This document shows positions 47,757 to 59,700 of a stretch of DNA of 64,000 bases, in pieces (position 1 is the stretch's first letter; every line of letters begins with the position of its first letter). The notes beneath the pieces were generated by a model, which searched no databases, had not been told where the DNA came from, and saw nothing but the letters and a program-made list of their open reading frames with translations. Source of the stretch: Lama guanicoe (taxonomy: Eukaryota); the NCBI GenBank assembly GCA_013239625.1, contig MU056262.1, positions 8,594,134-8,658,133 on the forward strand, in the 5' to 3' direction. The position numbers and the translations under genes were made by a program.

Positions 47757-50700
47757 TCACACTTCGAGGCCAGGACCCTTGCTCAGTCCCAGTGCCTGTA
47801 CCAGATCTTCTCCAAGCCCACTCTTCAACGTCCTTCTCACTGCAAGGACAGAGCAGGGTTGGAGGGAGTGATGGGGTTAAGGCAGGCAGTGGGCATGCGG
47901 GGAATACTCACAAGACTTGCGGTTGCCACGGGAACGCTTGCGTTCTCGAGAAGCTAAGGCACGAGGATTGCTCTTGGTCACTGACTGCACCAGCAAGTCC
48001 ATGATCTCATCTGAAGTGTCACTTGGTAAACTGGAGCCCAGAGATTCTTCTTGGGGCACAGTGGAGGGCCCCACTGCTGTAGCCATGACTGGGGAGCTGC
48101 TCTGGACCATGCCTGAGGGAGCCAGATAGGGAGGTCAGCCCAGGGTGGCCCCAGCTCATTGCCCCCAGTGGCCCCCAGGTCCCACCTCTGCTGCGGCGGC
48201 CATGTGTGGTGTCTTCAGGCTTGCTGGTCAGCAGACTCTTCATGCTGGCATGACTATCAGCATCACCCCGTCCTGGCCCACTGCTCACAGCCACTGGGAC
48301 AGATGAATTGCTGGGGGTTTCCCCAGCCACACCTGAGAACTTTTCTGTCTGAAGAAGCGAAAAGGGTGAGTTGGGAGTAGAGGGAAAAAAACCGTGGGGA
48401 TATCAGTCAAGACCTGGAAGGGACACCCACCTCGGTGATCATGCGTCCCCGGGTCTTGTTGCGCTCACGATACGTGGCGCGCTTCTGCTGCTGCTGCAGC
48501 ACCCGGTCCCGGCAAGTCCGATACTCCAGCGCGAACTCCCGCAGTGTGTGGCAGAACTGCATGATGCGCACCTCACGGGCTGCCTCTGCCGTGTACCCCA
48601 GGTACAGGAGGAAGGCATGGAACCTAAGCAGGTTGGGGTGGGGAGGGATGGTGAGTCTTGCCTGGAGTTTGAGGGATGGTGGTGGCAGTCCCTTCTCTCT
48701 CTGGCCCACATCTCACCTGTTGTAGACACGGCGGTGCACGACCCTCAGCATGGCAACACGGCGGGTGCACTGGGCCAGGAAGTGGGTGAGGCGGGCACGC
48801 AGGGCTGGAGCCAGCTCGTGCTTGGCCAAGTTCCGCAGGCTCTCCTCGGCTGCCCAACACCGGTGCTCCAGTTGCCCCAGGTTCTCAGTCAGCTGCTCAA
48901 AGTCCACCTGGAAAAGAAGAGGGTACACATGTTGTTCCCCTACAGAAGGACACTGCCTGAGACTGCCTCTGTGCCAGGCTGGCAGCCTGGGTCCTGAGGA
49001 CACAGACAGCCAAGATCTGGCCCCTGTCCTCCAAAAGCTCACAGTCTATTGCAGGAGACAGACAAGTCCATCTGATGCAGTGGGTAACAGAAGTTTCTTG
49101 GGATAAGTGGCAGCTAAACAGGACCAAAGACTGAGTAGGGGTAGCCAGGCCAATAGAGAAAAGAGTATGTACGGCAGAGGACACAGCCCACATGAACACC
49201 TGTATCCTGAGCAAGCACTGGAACGGCAGTCCACTTAGGGAGAAGCAGTGCTCCCTCATGCCATGGCCGGTTATAGTCAAACCTCTGGCAGGTGCTGACC
49301 TTGGCACAGCGCGTCAGGGCAGGAATTTCTGAGTAGAAGTCGGAGGAATCAGGCCGGGTCTGGAGCACCAGGGAGCAGAGATGGTGCAGCAGTGACTGTC
49401 GGCGCACCGTGTCCTTCACCTCTGACACCTTCTCCAGGTAGCTCAGCTCAAAGCCGCTGCTCTGAAAGGACCCTATCTGAGCCTGGGCCTGGTTGGCTCC
49501 AGAGCCCCAGCCCCTGCCCTTACATGCTCTCACTCACCTGGGAGCCATTGAGGAAGTTGCCCACAGCCAGCAGAGTGGCCAGGATGCAGCGGAAGGTGGC
49601 ATTTTGGACCAGCTGTTCCATTCCCACCTTCAGGTCAAACAGTGGCTCTGCAATTTCCTGGTGTGGGAGGTCAGGGACTCAGACTACATGGTCATTATGC
49701 TCTCCTGTCCCCACTGCCTGTCCCACCCCATGACCCAGGTACCCGCTCCATGCTGTCATAATCCAGCTTGAAGGCCCAGAGTTGTAGGCGAGCCGCCAGG
49801 CCCCCGATGGAGGCGAGAGTCATCAGGAAATTCTCAGCTGGGCCCAGGGGTATATCAGGATTGGCCAGCTGGGCCTCCTCGATCTTCTGCCGCTCCTCCT
49901 CCGTTGGCATCATAGTCAGTAGCTTCTGAGAATGCACCCGCCACCCCATATAGGCCACTCAGCACTGGCCTGAGGCTTCAGGTATTGGTGTTGACTCCTC
50001 CCTAGGTCATGTGGGGGAGTCCCAGAGTCCGAGGATTGCTCTGCAGAAATGCTAAGCCCATGCCCACCACTGGAGGGACAGGAAATGCCCAATGACCAAA
50101 GGAAAGGGCCAGATTTCCCACACCCCTAGCTGGCTATCCCTACCTCAATGCCATCCTTGCTGACAGCAAACTCATCAAAGTTGAGCAGGGCAGCCTTAAT
50201 GACGTGCACGGGTGGCAGTGTGGTTAGGCCGATGTTGATGGCGTTGCTGCGCTTGGGGTCCAGCACTGTGGTCATTGTGCGGCGGCCCTCACCAGCTTTC
50301 TTTGAAGTTGGGAGAAGGGCAGTAAAAGACTGGGAAAGGGACTAGCTATGGCAACAATCTAAGAGGGTAACCAAGGCCCCATTCTCAGTAGCCAAATGGG
50401 ATCATTCCACAACCAGGGATCTGGGATGTGTAAGGCTTTGGGATGGGCTGATCCCTTACTAAGGGACCTCAGACAAGCCCCTACTCCTTTATTTGCCTCA
50501 GTTTCCCCATGTGGGAAATGAGTGGCAGCCCCACTCACTCAGACCCTTGAGTTGATTTGCTCCCCTCTCCCCTGGATAAGGGTGTGATTACCTTGGAAGG
50601 CAGCACATCCTTGGCTCGAGACTCAAACAGGTGTTCTAGCCGGGCTGTATCCACTGAGACAGGCTCCAGTGAGGCCCACAGGGTAGGGCAGGGCCCAAAG

Positions 50701-53700
50701 CGGCTCCCAGAGCCTCCATGGACCCCAGCCAACTTTAGCTCCCGCCAGAAGAGTTTAACTGTCTTTCTCTTGGTGGGGAGGGCTAGGCCATCAGGTGCTG
50801 AAGGAGGAAGAGGGGCAACTGGGGGTGGAGGTGGTGGGAAGGGGCTTTTGAGGGGTGGGGGAGGGGAGGAAGGGCCCAAAGCGGCTCCCAGAGCCTCCAT
50901 GGACCCCAGCCAACTTTAGCTCCCGCCAGAAGAGTTTAACTGTCTTTCTCTTGGTGGGGAGGGCTAGGCCATCAGGTGCTGAAGGAGGAAGAGGGGCAAC
51001 TGGGGGTGGAGGTGGTGGGAAGGGGCTTTTGATGGGTGGGGGAGGTGGGGGTGGAGGAGGTGGGGGGCCTCCAGAGATCAGGGGTGGGGGGGGAGGGACC
51101 CCTTTCCCTGCCTCCACAGACTCTGTATTCAGCATGTCCTGGTCTTCATCCTCCCCCAGATCTGAGAAGTCCAGATCCCCAATGCAGAGCTTAGGTACAT
51201 GGGTACGGAGTTCCTGAATGGGCTCAGTCTTGGGACTTGGTGGGGCCAAAGTCTCCTTGGGCTCTGGCTCAAGGCACTGCTGGGCCCGGAGCAGGATTCG
51301 GGGGGCAGCACTCTGGGGTGTTCTGGGTGCAGGGGCTGGTTCTGGGGAGCCCCGTAGTTCCAGGGTGTCTAGAAAAGTGGAAGAAGCTGTCAGTGTCATG
51401 CCCTCTGCGGAGCAACAGGGCAACCTAGGTGAATTCTGCCCACCCACCTACTTACCTCGGTGCCCATCGACCTCTTCGGGCATAGCTCCAGCCAGTGTCT
51501 CTGCCCGGCCCTGGGCCAGTGCAGCCTGCTTTTCTGTTTCTGCTGCTGCTACATTCTCCAGGAACCGGGCTCTAGGGGAAGGCACGTGTCAGTGAGGGTG
51601 TCTGACACACCCCAGCCCAGGGTGGCGCACATGCCTTGCTGGGCCCCTAGGCACTGCCCCTAATTGCAGGCACACACAGACACACAGGGAACAGTCCATG
51701 CGCTGAGCAGACCCAGAACCTGCCCTGCAAGGCCAGCCTCTCCATGTTCAGTCTTCCACATCTGGGGAGGGTCACTACCAACCCAGTATTCCCAGGTCAA
51801 CATGTGGGGAGAAGTTCTACTTCACATTTAATTTGCAACTGTGCTGCTATTCATGTTCGCTGTTCTGATTCTAGACAAGGACCCTTAGAGCAGGGGAAGG
51901 GAACAGCTGTCCAAATGGGCACACCATGCTGTTCCTCCCTTGGCATGTCTGGCAGCTTCTGAGAGCTGTGGTCTATGCCCAAAAAGGGCCTGGTAAGCAA
52001 CAGGCACTCAGTTTATGTTAAAACAATGAATGTGATCCTGTTTCCTTCTTGGCCTCTTCAGCCTCTGTTGGCACTCAGTCCCTTATCATTCCCTTAGCTG
52101 GAAGTTACTCTTCCACCTCCACATCACACAGCACCCTAGATTCCCTCCCAGCCCTAATCCTGGGCTGAGGACACAGGAGAATCAGCTCTAGGTTGGGAGT
52201 CAACATTCTCATCGCTGGCCAAAGCTGTTAAGTTGTCACCATTGAAGCACAGGAACCTCTGTGGCCCCAGTGAACTGCTTCCCAGTGCTCCTGGGTAACC
52301 AAGGAGGCATCAGTCTGGGAGAAACAGGGCCTGAGAGCCCCCCAGCTCTGGCTGCATCAGGCACATATAACCCCCGCTGGGGGAAGCAATGCTGAAGCCC
52401 TGAGCACATGGCAGGCCTGGCAGGCTGGCCTCTGTACTTACTCCAGCCTGGCCTGCCCAGTGGGGGACTGGGGGACAGGTGGGTTCTCAGGGGCCCTGGG
52501 TGGGGGGGACGAGAGGAAGAGTTGGCAATAGTGGTGCCTGGTTCACCCCAAAGCCCAGTTGCTCACACCCACACAGAGCTAGGTGGTGATATCAGGGGTT
52601 CCTTCCCAGGCACGGTGGGAAGAGGAGGTGATGAGGGAGGCTAGACGTGAGGAAAGTGGAAGTGGAGGGGAGAGACTGACATGACACAAGACAGAGTGCA
52701 GTAGAAGAGCAGAACGAGAGAGAGAGAGACAGACAGACACAGACAGAAAGACAGAAGTGGGTAGGGAAACAGATGACATTGGCAAAGACAGGCAGAATGC
52801 CAGAAAGAGATGAAGAGAAGCCACAGGAGGAGGAGGTCCAGTCGGAGCCGAACCCCACCCCCCAGCAGTCACTTACCAAACAGGAGCAGTTTGGTGAAGT
52901 CTGGAAAGAAAGAGAGAGAAAGCACGCGTGTGGGCAGAGAAGTTTGGGCAGAGGAGGCGGAGGGCCCGTGGAGGGGCGCAGAGCGGAGGGACAGTTGGAG
53001 AGAGAACTCCCAGGACAGCCTCTATCTCCCTGCTTACTTGTAGATACTCCTCTCACAGGAGCTGTCGGATGAGGGCGCCACGGAGATGGTAGGAAAGAGG
53101 CTCACGGTGGTATGCAGGCCAGAGGCCTGGCCCCCGGGACTGGAGGCGGGGCCTGTAGAAGGGGCGGAGCCTATGAGGCTGGAGGCGGGACCTGACAGCA
53201 GGGCAGGGCCGGCAGAGGAGATGGAGACGATCGGTGAGGCGGGGCCTGTGGAGCTGGAGGCGTGGCCTGTCAGGAGGCAGAGCTACTTCTGGCAGATCCG
53301 CTCCTTCCCATCTGCCAAGGCTCCTTAGCTCTTACCCAGGCTCTGGGGTGCGCACTTCTAGAGATCGTCGGCTTCTCTTGCCTTCCTCTGAAGAAGGCTT
53401 TCGGCGAGTGGTGCGCCGCCCACCTGCGAAAGCTTCTTCCATGTCTCCATCCTCCAACCGCAGGGCATTCTAGCGGAGTTGAGCCCAGATGGGAGCGGCT
53501 GAGGCCCAAGTAGGTGGGATGGGGCACTGATCTGCACCCGTTCCCCTCCCTCCCCTCCTCTCGCCAGCAGTCCGGCCCCAGCCAGTCCAGCCCACCTCGT
53601 AGAGCACAAGCTGCGCGCGCAGATCGACATCTGTGCCAGCGGTGCCCAAGTGGCGCTGGACCAGTGCCTCCATGCCCTGCTGCTCCAGTGCATCTGTCAC

Positions 53701-56700
53701 GTCGTAGAAGGAGTCCTGATCCGGGAGCGCTGCCAGAGTCTAGAGGGTGAGGTAGAAGGGCAAGGCTAAAGCTGATGGGAACAGGAAGTCAGGAGCCTGA
53801 GGGGCTCAGAATTGGTGCTTAGTTCTCCCCTTGCTCCCGCCACCCGACCTTGTTGATGAGGGTGACAGTATACACCAACAACTCAGGGTCCGCACCATTC
53901 TTCTCCTCCAGGATGGACACCAGATTGGCCCATGGAAGAGCACCTGCCACACAGAAAGGGGAGCAGTCATGTGGGGACAAGAAGGAAAGAGGACTCTGAA
54001 CAGTGGGGGAGGGAGGGACAGTCTCTGACCCGTGGTGCTGGCCACAGAGTTGACTGCACGGATGAACAGCGGTGCGTTGCTCTCAGAGTATTCCACAAAC
54101 ACCAGCAGCAGCTTCAGGGCTGTCTTCACCACCAAGCGGGACTGAGAGAGGGGTCACCACATATGAGCGGGGCTTGGGCCAGATCTGTGCTAGCTCCTGA
54201 TGGGGAGGGGGAAGGGCTCCTGGGGCTGGACCAGGGTTGAGAGTCTAGGCAGAAGGACCTGGCTCTAGGCCCAGGTGTTGAAGTGCCTTCCACACTTAGA
54301 GGGGCCACAGACTTACTCCATTCTAGCCCACGTTGCAGAAGAGGAAACTGAGGCCCAGAAAGAGGCAGTGGGAAAGGGTGCATGGCTGAGTGGAGGGCCA
54401 CTTACCAGGCTGGCACACAGTGTGTACAGCCACTGCACGGTCTCACTGTGGGCCACCACACCCAGCATCCCATCCACAAAAAGCATTAGCTGGCCTAGTG
54501 CTGGGGATACAGCGACAAGAAGAGGTCAGTAAAGGATTGCTGAAGGCAGGGGTCATGGGGAAGGGATGGGGCTGACCTCGGAGAATGTAGCTCTGATAGT
54601 TGTGGTCGGCAGCTGCACCCACACGAATTAGGCAGCTCAGCCCCTCCGAATGCACAAACTCAGGCACCAAGTCCTTGTCCTCCTGAGGGCACCATGCAGG
54701 AGTTTAGAGGGGCTCAGCCTGGATGCCCACCCCCAGCCCACCTCCGGGCCTCACCTGGAAGATCTGCTTTAGTGAGAAGAGGGAGCGGCGGAGCTCAGGG
54801 CCACTGGAGCCATACAACTTCTCTGCAAGGAGTAGGTGGGTATGGAAACCTCAAGGAGACACAGATACAGCCCTCCACCAAAGAATATGCTAGTGTGCTA
54901 GTACTTTTGAACCCCCACCTCCTCCTCCACTCCCTGACTCTGGGCAACCCCACCACAGTCTAGCAGCAGCATCAGCCTCAGCCCTGGAAGGAGAGGTCAG
55001 GATAGGAATGAGAGGGGTCACACATCCTGTCTCCTATCTGTCCTGTCGACTGCCCAGAACAGGCCTGAAAGAAACTGCACCAACTGGGGCAGTGTATATG
55101 GGGGAAGTGTTGACAGACAGTGATGTCCTCACACACTCACCCAAGATGGCATTGACCCTCACGGAGAGCTGGGTCCGCAAGATCAGAGTAGGCTTCCGCC
55201 CTTTGCTAGAATCAAGTAACCCAGTCAGCAGCTCCCAGTCCACTCCTTAGGGTCCCTCCCCTCCAGCCAAGGCAGCCAAAGACCTCCCCACATGCCAACC
55301 CTGGCTCAGTTCCTTCCTCTCCAACTGTTTCTCCAAGCCCAAGAGTTGTCCAGGGAGGGCTTGTGCAAACACAGGCATCTCAGGTATGTGGGAGAGCCCC
55401 CACTCCCATCCCAGGCAGCAGGTAACAGTGGTCAGGCCTTGGGATTCCCCTGGCACAGTTCCCTGGGGCAGCAGGAGGTGACCCACAGCCCTGGTTAGAG
55501 ATCAGGTGTCTTGGCTGATAACACCTGAGCCAGCCCCTCCAACACTGGGGCAAGAGTGGGAGCCAGCCTTGCCTTCCTGGCCCCATCAGCTCTGACCTGA
55601 TCTCTTCAAAGAAGCCCTCCAGCATCTCCCGCTGCTCTTCCAGGGACAGCTCAGGGTCCAGGTAGTATCCAGATGGAGACACTTGCAGGGCACAGTCCTC
55701 TAGCTGGGGGCAAAGGGAACAGCTGTCAGGGCTGGAGAAGAGGTGGCAGGAGTATGCTTGGAGACCCCATAACCTCCTACCTCCCACTCAGGGTGCTGGC
55801 ACAGAGACACACACAAGGGCCTGCACTGCAGCAATGCATTTCTTTAGCAATCAGTTCTCAAGGGCCTACTATGTGCAAGGCCCATGGAGCTCATAGGGCT
55901 TTCTCCTGGCTAACACCTACTCACTCTTTAGGTTTCAGATTAGACAATGCTTTTTTTTGAAAGCCTTCCTGGACTCCTCCAGGCAATGCTAAGCAATCCA
56001 CTCCAGCCTGTGTGCGTACCCCTATCAGAGGCCTTTGACACAGCGTTATCACATCCTAGACATGAGTCTCCTTCCCCACCAACCATGTGTCTTCTGGGTT
56101 CAGGCACCATGTCTGCTTGCCCAAGCTATATCCACAGAGTCTATTATAGCACTCGGCACACAGTAAGTTCTCCCTAAATGGTTGTTGAGCTAATGAACAT
56201 GAATGAGGAAAGGGAATGGAGAGAAGATGGGAGGAAGTTCCTGCATTCGAGGAAATTCACAGCCTTGTGGGGTGGTAAGTTGCAGCCACAAAGCAACCAA
56301 GTCCAGGGAGAAAGTGTTAAGAAGCTGGGAGGAGCAAACCCAGCTGAGAGGGGGATGTGTGTCCTCCTGAGTTAAGAGGGTGAGAAGGAGGGGCTAATCA
56401 ACAGGTTCCCAGTCCCTTCAGGCCTGAGGGTCTTTGCCCTACCCCCAAGTGGGCTACAGTTACCGTGGTCCTAGGTGGACCTCAGAGGCCTCCAAGGGGC
56501 CTATTAAACACCAGATTTTAGTCTGACTCAGTCAGCCTACAGTCCCTGAAACCTGCATTGTAACAAGGAGGCACACACTCCATCCATGAGTCCACTTTAC
56601 ATGTCACCTCCCCACTGAGCCTGGCTTCCCACCACCACCAACACAACACTTGGCTGCTTGAGAAGTGCCTGTGGAGAAGCCTGGTAAGGTGACTTAGGAC

Positions 56701-59700
56701 AGTCTAAGGGCAGCACCGTGCCTCTCCCTGACACCTCCTCCATAGCACAGTGCACATGCAGGGCTCAGCAAAGTTCCCTTGACTTGAGTGGTCCCATTCC
56801 TTGAGAGGCCCAGGGAGAGCCCATGTCTGGAGAGGCAGTGTGTCTTCTGGTCTCCATCTTACTGGGAAAGTCAACTCCAACATTTGTCCTGCTGTTCTGT
56901 CAGCCCTGCCCTGCTCTGGAACCAGCCCAAGGGCTTCCAGCTGCCCTTGGTCCCCTGGGATGAAGGGAGTCCAGTTCCTGCCCCTACCCTGCTTCTGCTT
57001 AGTACCCCTGCTCATGCCTGAGAGCCTGACCCGGCTCCTTCTTGGCAGTTCAGCCTGTAAGGCCCTTGGGTGACCATCCCCTCCCCCTTCCCCCGTCCTG
57101 GCTCCTGCACTGGGACATGGGACATAGGACAAACACTCCAGCCTATTCTCTGTCCCACTTCCTGCTTGGCTGCCTGCCCTCCCCTGGGCGACTTGGGCGG
57201 GCCTGGTCTCTCTCTGCTCCCTGGGAGCAGAGTCATCCTCTCCAGGGCCTACTGGGAACAGGCCCTGAGATGGGGCAGCAAGGCCCCAGGGCTGGGGTAC
57301 TTCTTCCAGGGCCGGTTCAGCTGAGCGCAGCCCCGCATTCCTCCTGATCCCTCTTCCCACACGGTGACTCAGCAGCCTACCCACCCTGCCCCCAGCCAGG
57401 CACAGTTACATCTCCTTCCACCTTGGACTGGAGGACTCTGGGACCCTAGTGAAACACATCTTCCCCAGAGCCACAAATCCCCTCAGGGATCCCCCAAGTC
57501 ACACACAGATAGAATAGCTCATTCATTCAAACATTCATGGGGGGGAGGGTATAGCACAGTGGTAGAGAACATGCTTAGCATGCATGAGGGCCTGGGTTCC
57601 ATCCCCAATATCTCCATTAAATAAATAAATCAACCTAATTCCCACCCACCCCCCAAACCCAAAAAACATTCATGAACCAGGCTGGTTTTAGGTGCTGAGG
57701 ACAGAGCAGGGAACAAGACACCGCTCTGCCTTCCCTGTCTTCCAACCCAGCGGTGGAGGCAGGCAGACTTGACTCAGAGAAAGGCCACAAATAAACAGAG
57801 AGGCACAAATGCTGAGAAAGGGGAGGGGTGGAGAGCTGTAAAGGTAAACACTGGAGGGGTAAGTAGATTACACCTGATAGCGACTTACACTTCCAAGTAT
57901 ATGGTCAGGTAGGTACACATATGCTTACTGGCACAGGCAAGAAGCACACCCACAGAAAGCTCAGGCCCAGCAAGCTCTCTTCCCCTTGTGCATGCACACT
58001 TGCAGGCTCTAATCCCAGGTAAGCCAAGAATGGCCCTCTCCTTCCAGAATACCTGGGCTGCCTGCATCTATTTGGGGCAGAGTCCTGAAGACTAAATACT
58101 CCACCACCCCTAGTCTGCTCAGATGAGCAGATTAAACCTCTTTTCCTCCATGGTGGTAGCAGTGGCCTCCCTAGCCACTTCACCTGTCTTATCCTGCCAG
58201 GGCCCCATTTCTGGGGAGGGCACCCAGAGGTAACAGCCAGACCAAAGCCTTCAGATGATGGATGGTGTCTCCTGCCCTCAGCTGTCTGTCCTGGGTGGAG
58301 ATGGGGGTGGGGTGGGGAAGGGTTAGGGTCAGGCAAGCTGCAAAGAGCAGGGACTTCCTGCCAGCTGGGTGCTGCTTGTCCCTCACACTCTTGGCCCCTT
58401 CCTGGGGTCACTCTTTTGAGAGCCAAACCTCTGGGCCTTGTTTCTCACACCCTGGGGCTGGGCCAGGCTGGACTAAGCCCAAACCCTGGTGCCTGCTGAC
58501 AATGGTTGGGGTCAGCACAGGGCCTACAACCCTGACTCCCTCCTGGCTCTTGTCTTCCTCACTTCTCTGATGTCGGTCTTGGGGTGGAGTCTCTCCTCCA
58601 TTCTTCCCAGGCTTGGCCCCTCACTTCAGCCTACAGCTCACTTTTCTCTATTTATTTATTTTTATTAAGGTATAGTTGATTTACAATATTATGTAAGTTT
58701 CAGGTATGCAACATAGTGATTCACAATTTTTAAAGATTACACTCCATTTAAAGTTATTATAAAATACTGGCTATATTCCCTGTGCTGTCAACATACCCTT
58801 GTAGCTTATTTATTTTATACATAATAGTTTGTACCTCTTAATCCCCTACCCCTTGCCCCAGCCCACTTTTCTTTTGATTCCTTGGGCTCAGGCTTTTCTG
58901 GCAGGCCAAGACCAACCTGTTACATATGGTTTTACATGCAGGGCCAAGCTTAGGGGACCATGGTGTCTACTCCCCAATATTTTTCATTCAGGTGAGAATG
59001 AACATGGCAGGGGTGGGGAAATGAGAAGAGGGCAGAATTATATGATGATGGACTCATTTTAGAAAATAATTTATTAATTATCTTTTTCTTCTCCTTTCCT
59101 AAAAACGAAAGACCCTGTGCTCTGATGACCTTCATTCCCTTTTATCTTGGGTCTCCAACTGGGGCTTGGCTTCCTGGATGAGATGACATGAATGGGCCTT
59201 GAAGAGGGAAGCCCTCATTTGTTATGCCTCCTCTGTGTCACACACTGGGCAGCCTGGTTCCTTAGATTCTCCCAATAATCCTTTTACAGGTGAGGAAACC
59301 AAGTCTTAAAAATTCAGTGAATTTGCCTTAGGCTGCACAACTAGGAATGGAACCAGGGCTAACTGACCTAGATCTTGGGCCTTTGGAAGTGTTCCAGGGA
59401 ACACTGGAGGGGAGGTGGAGTGAGGACTAGGGCCTGTAGGGTTGCCAAGGGCTGGAGACTGCCCCTCAGCTTTCTGGACTGTGCAAATACCCCAAACTGG
59501 TCCTCCCAGTTCCAGCGAGGGAACACGAATGAACACACACACATCATACACGCTGGGGTAACAGTGCCTACTTCTGCCAGGATCAAGGTCATGGGGTTGC
59601 TTGACAGGCTACAGCCCAGAATGACCAGCAAATTGGACATGTTGGCCCTAGGGAAAGCTGGGAGGCCATGACTCATACCCATATCACAATCCTGTATAGT

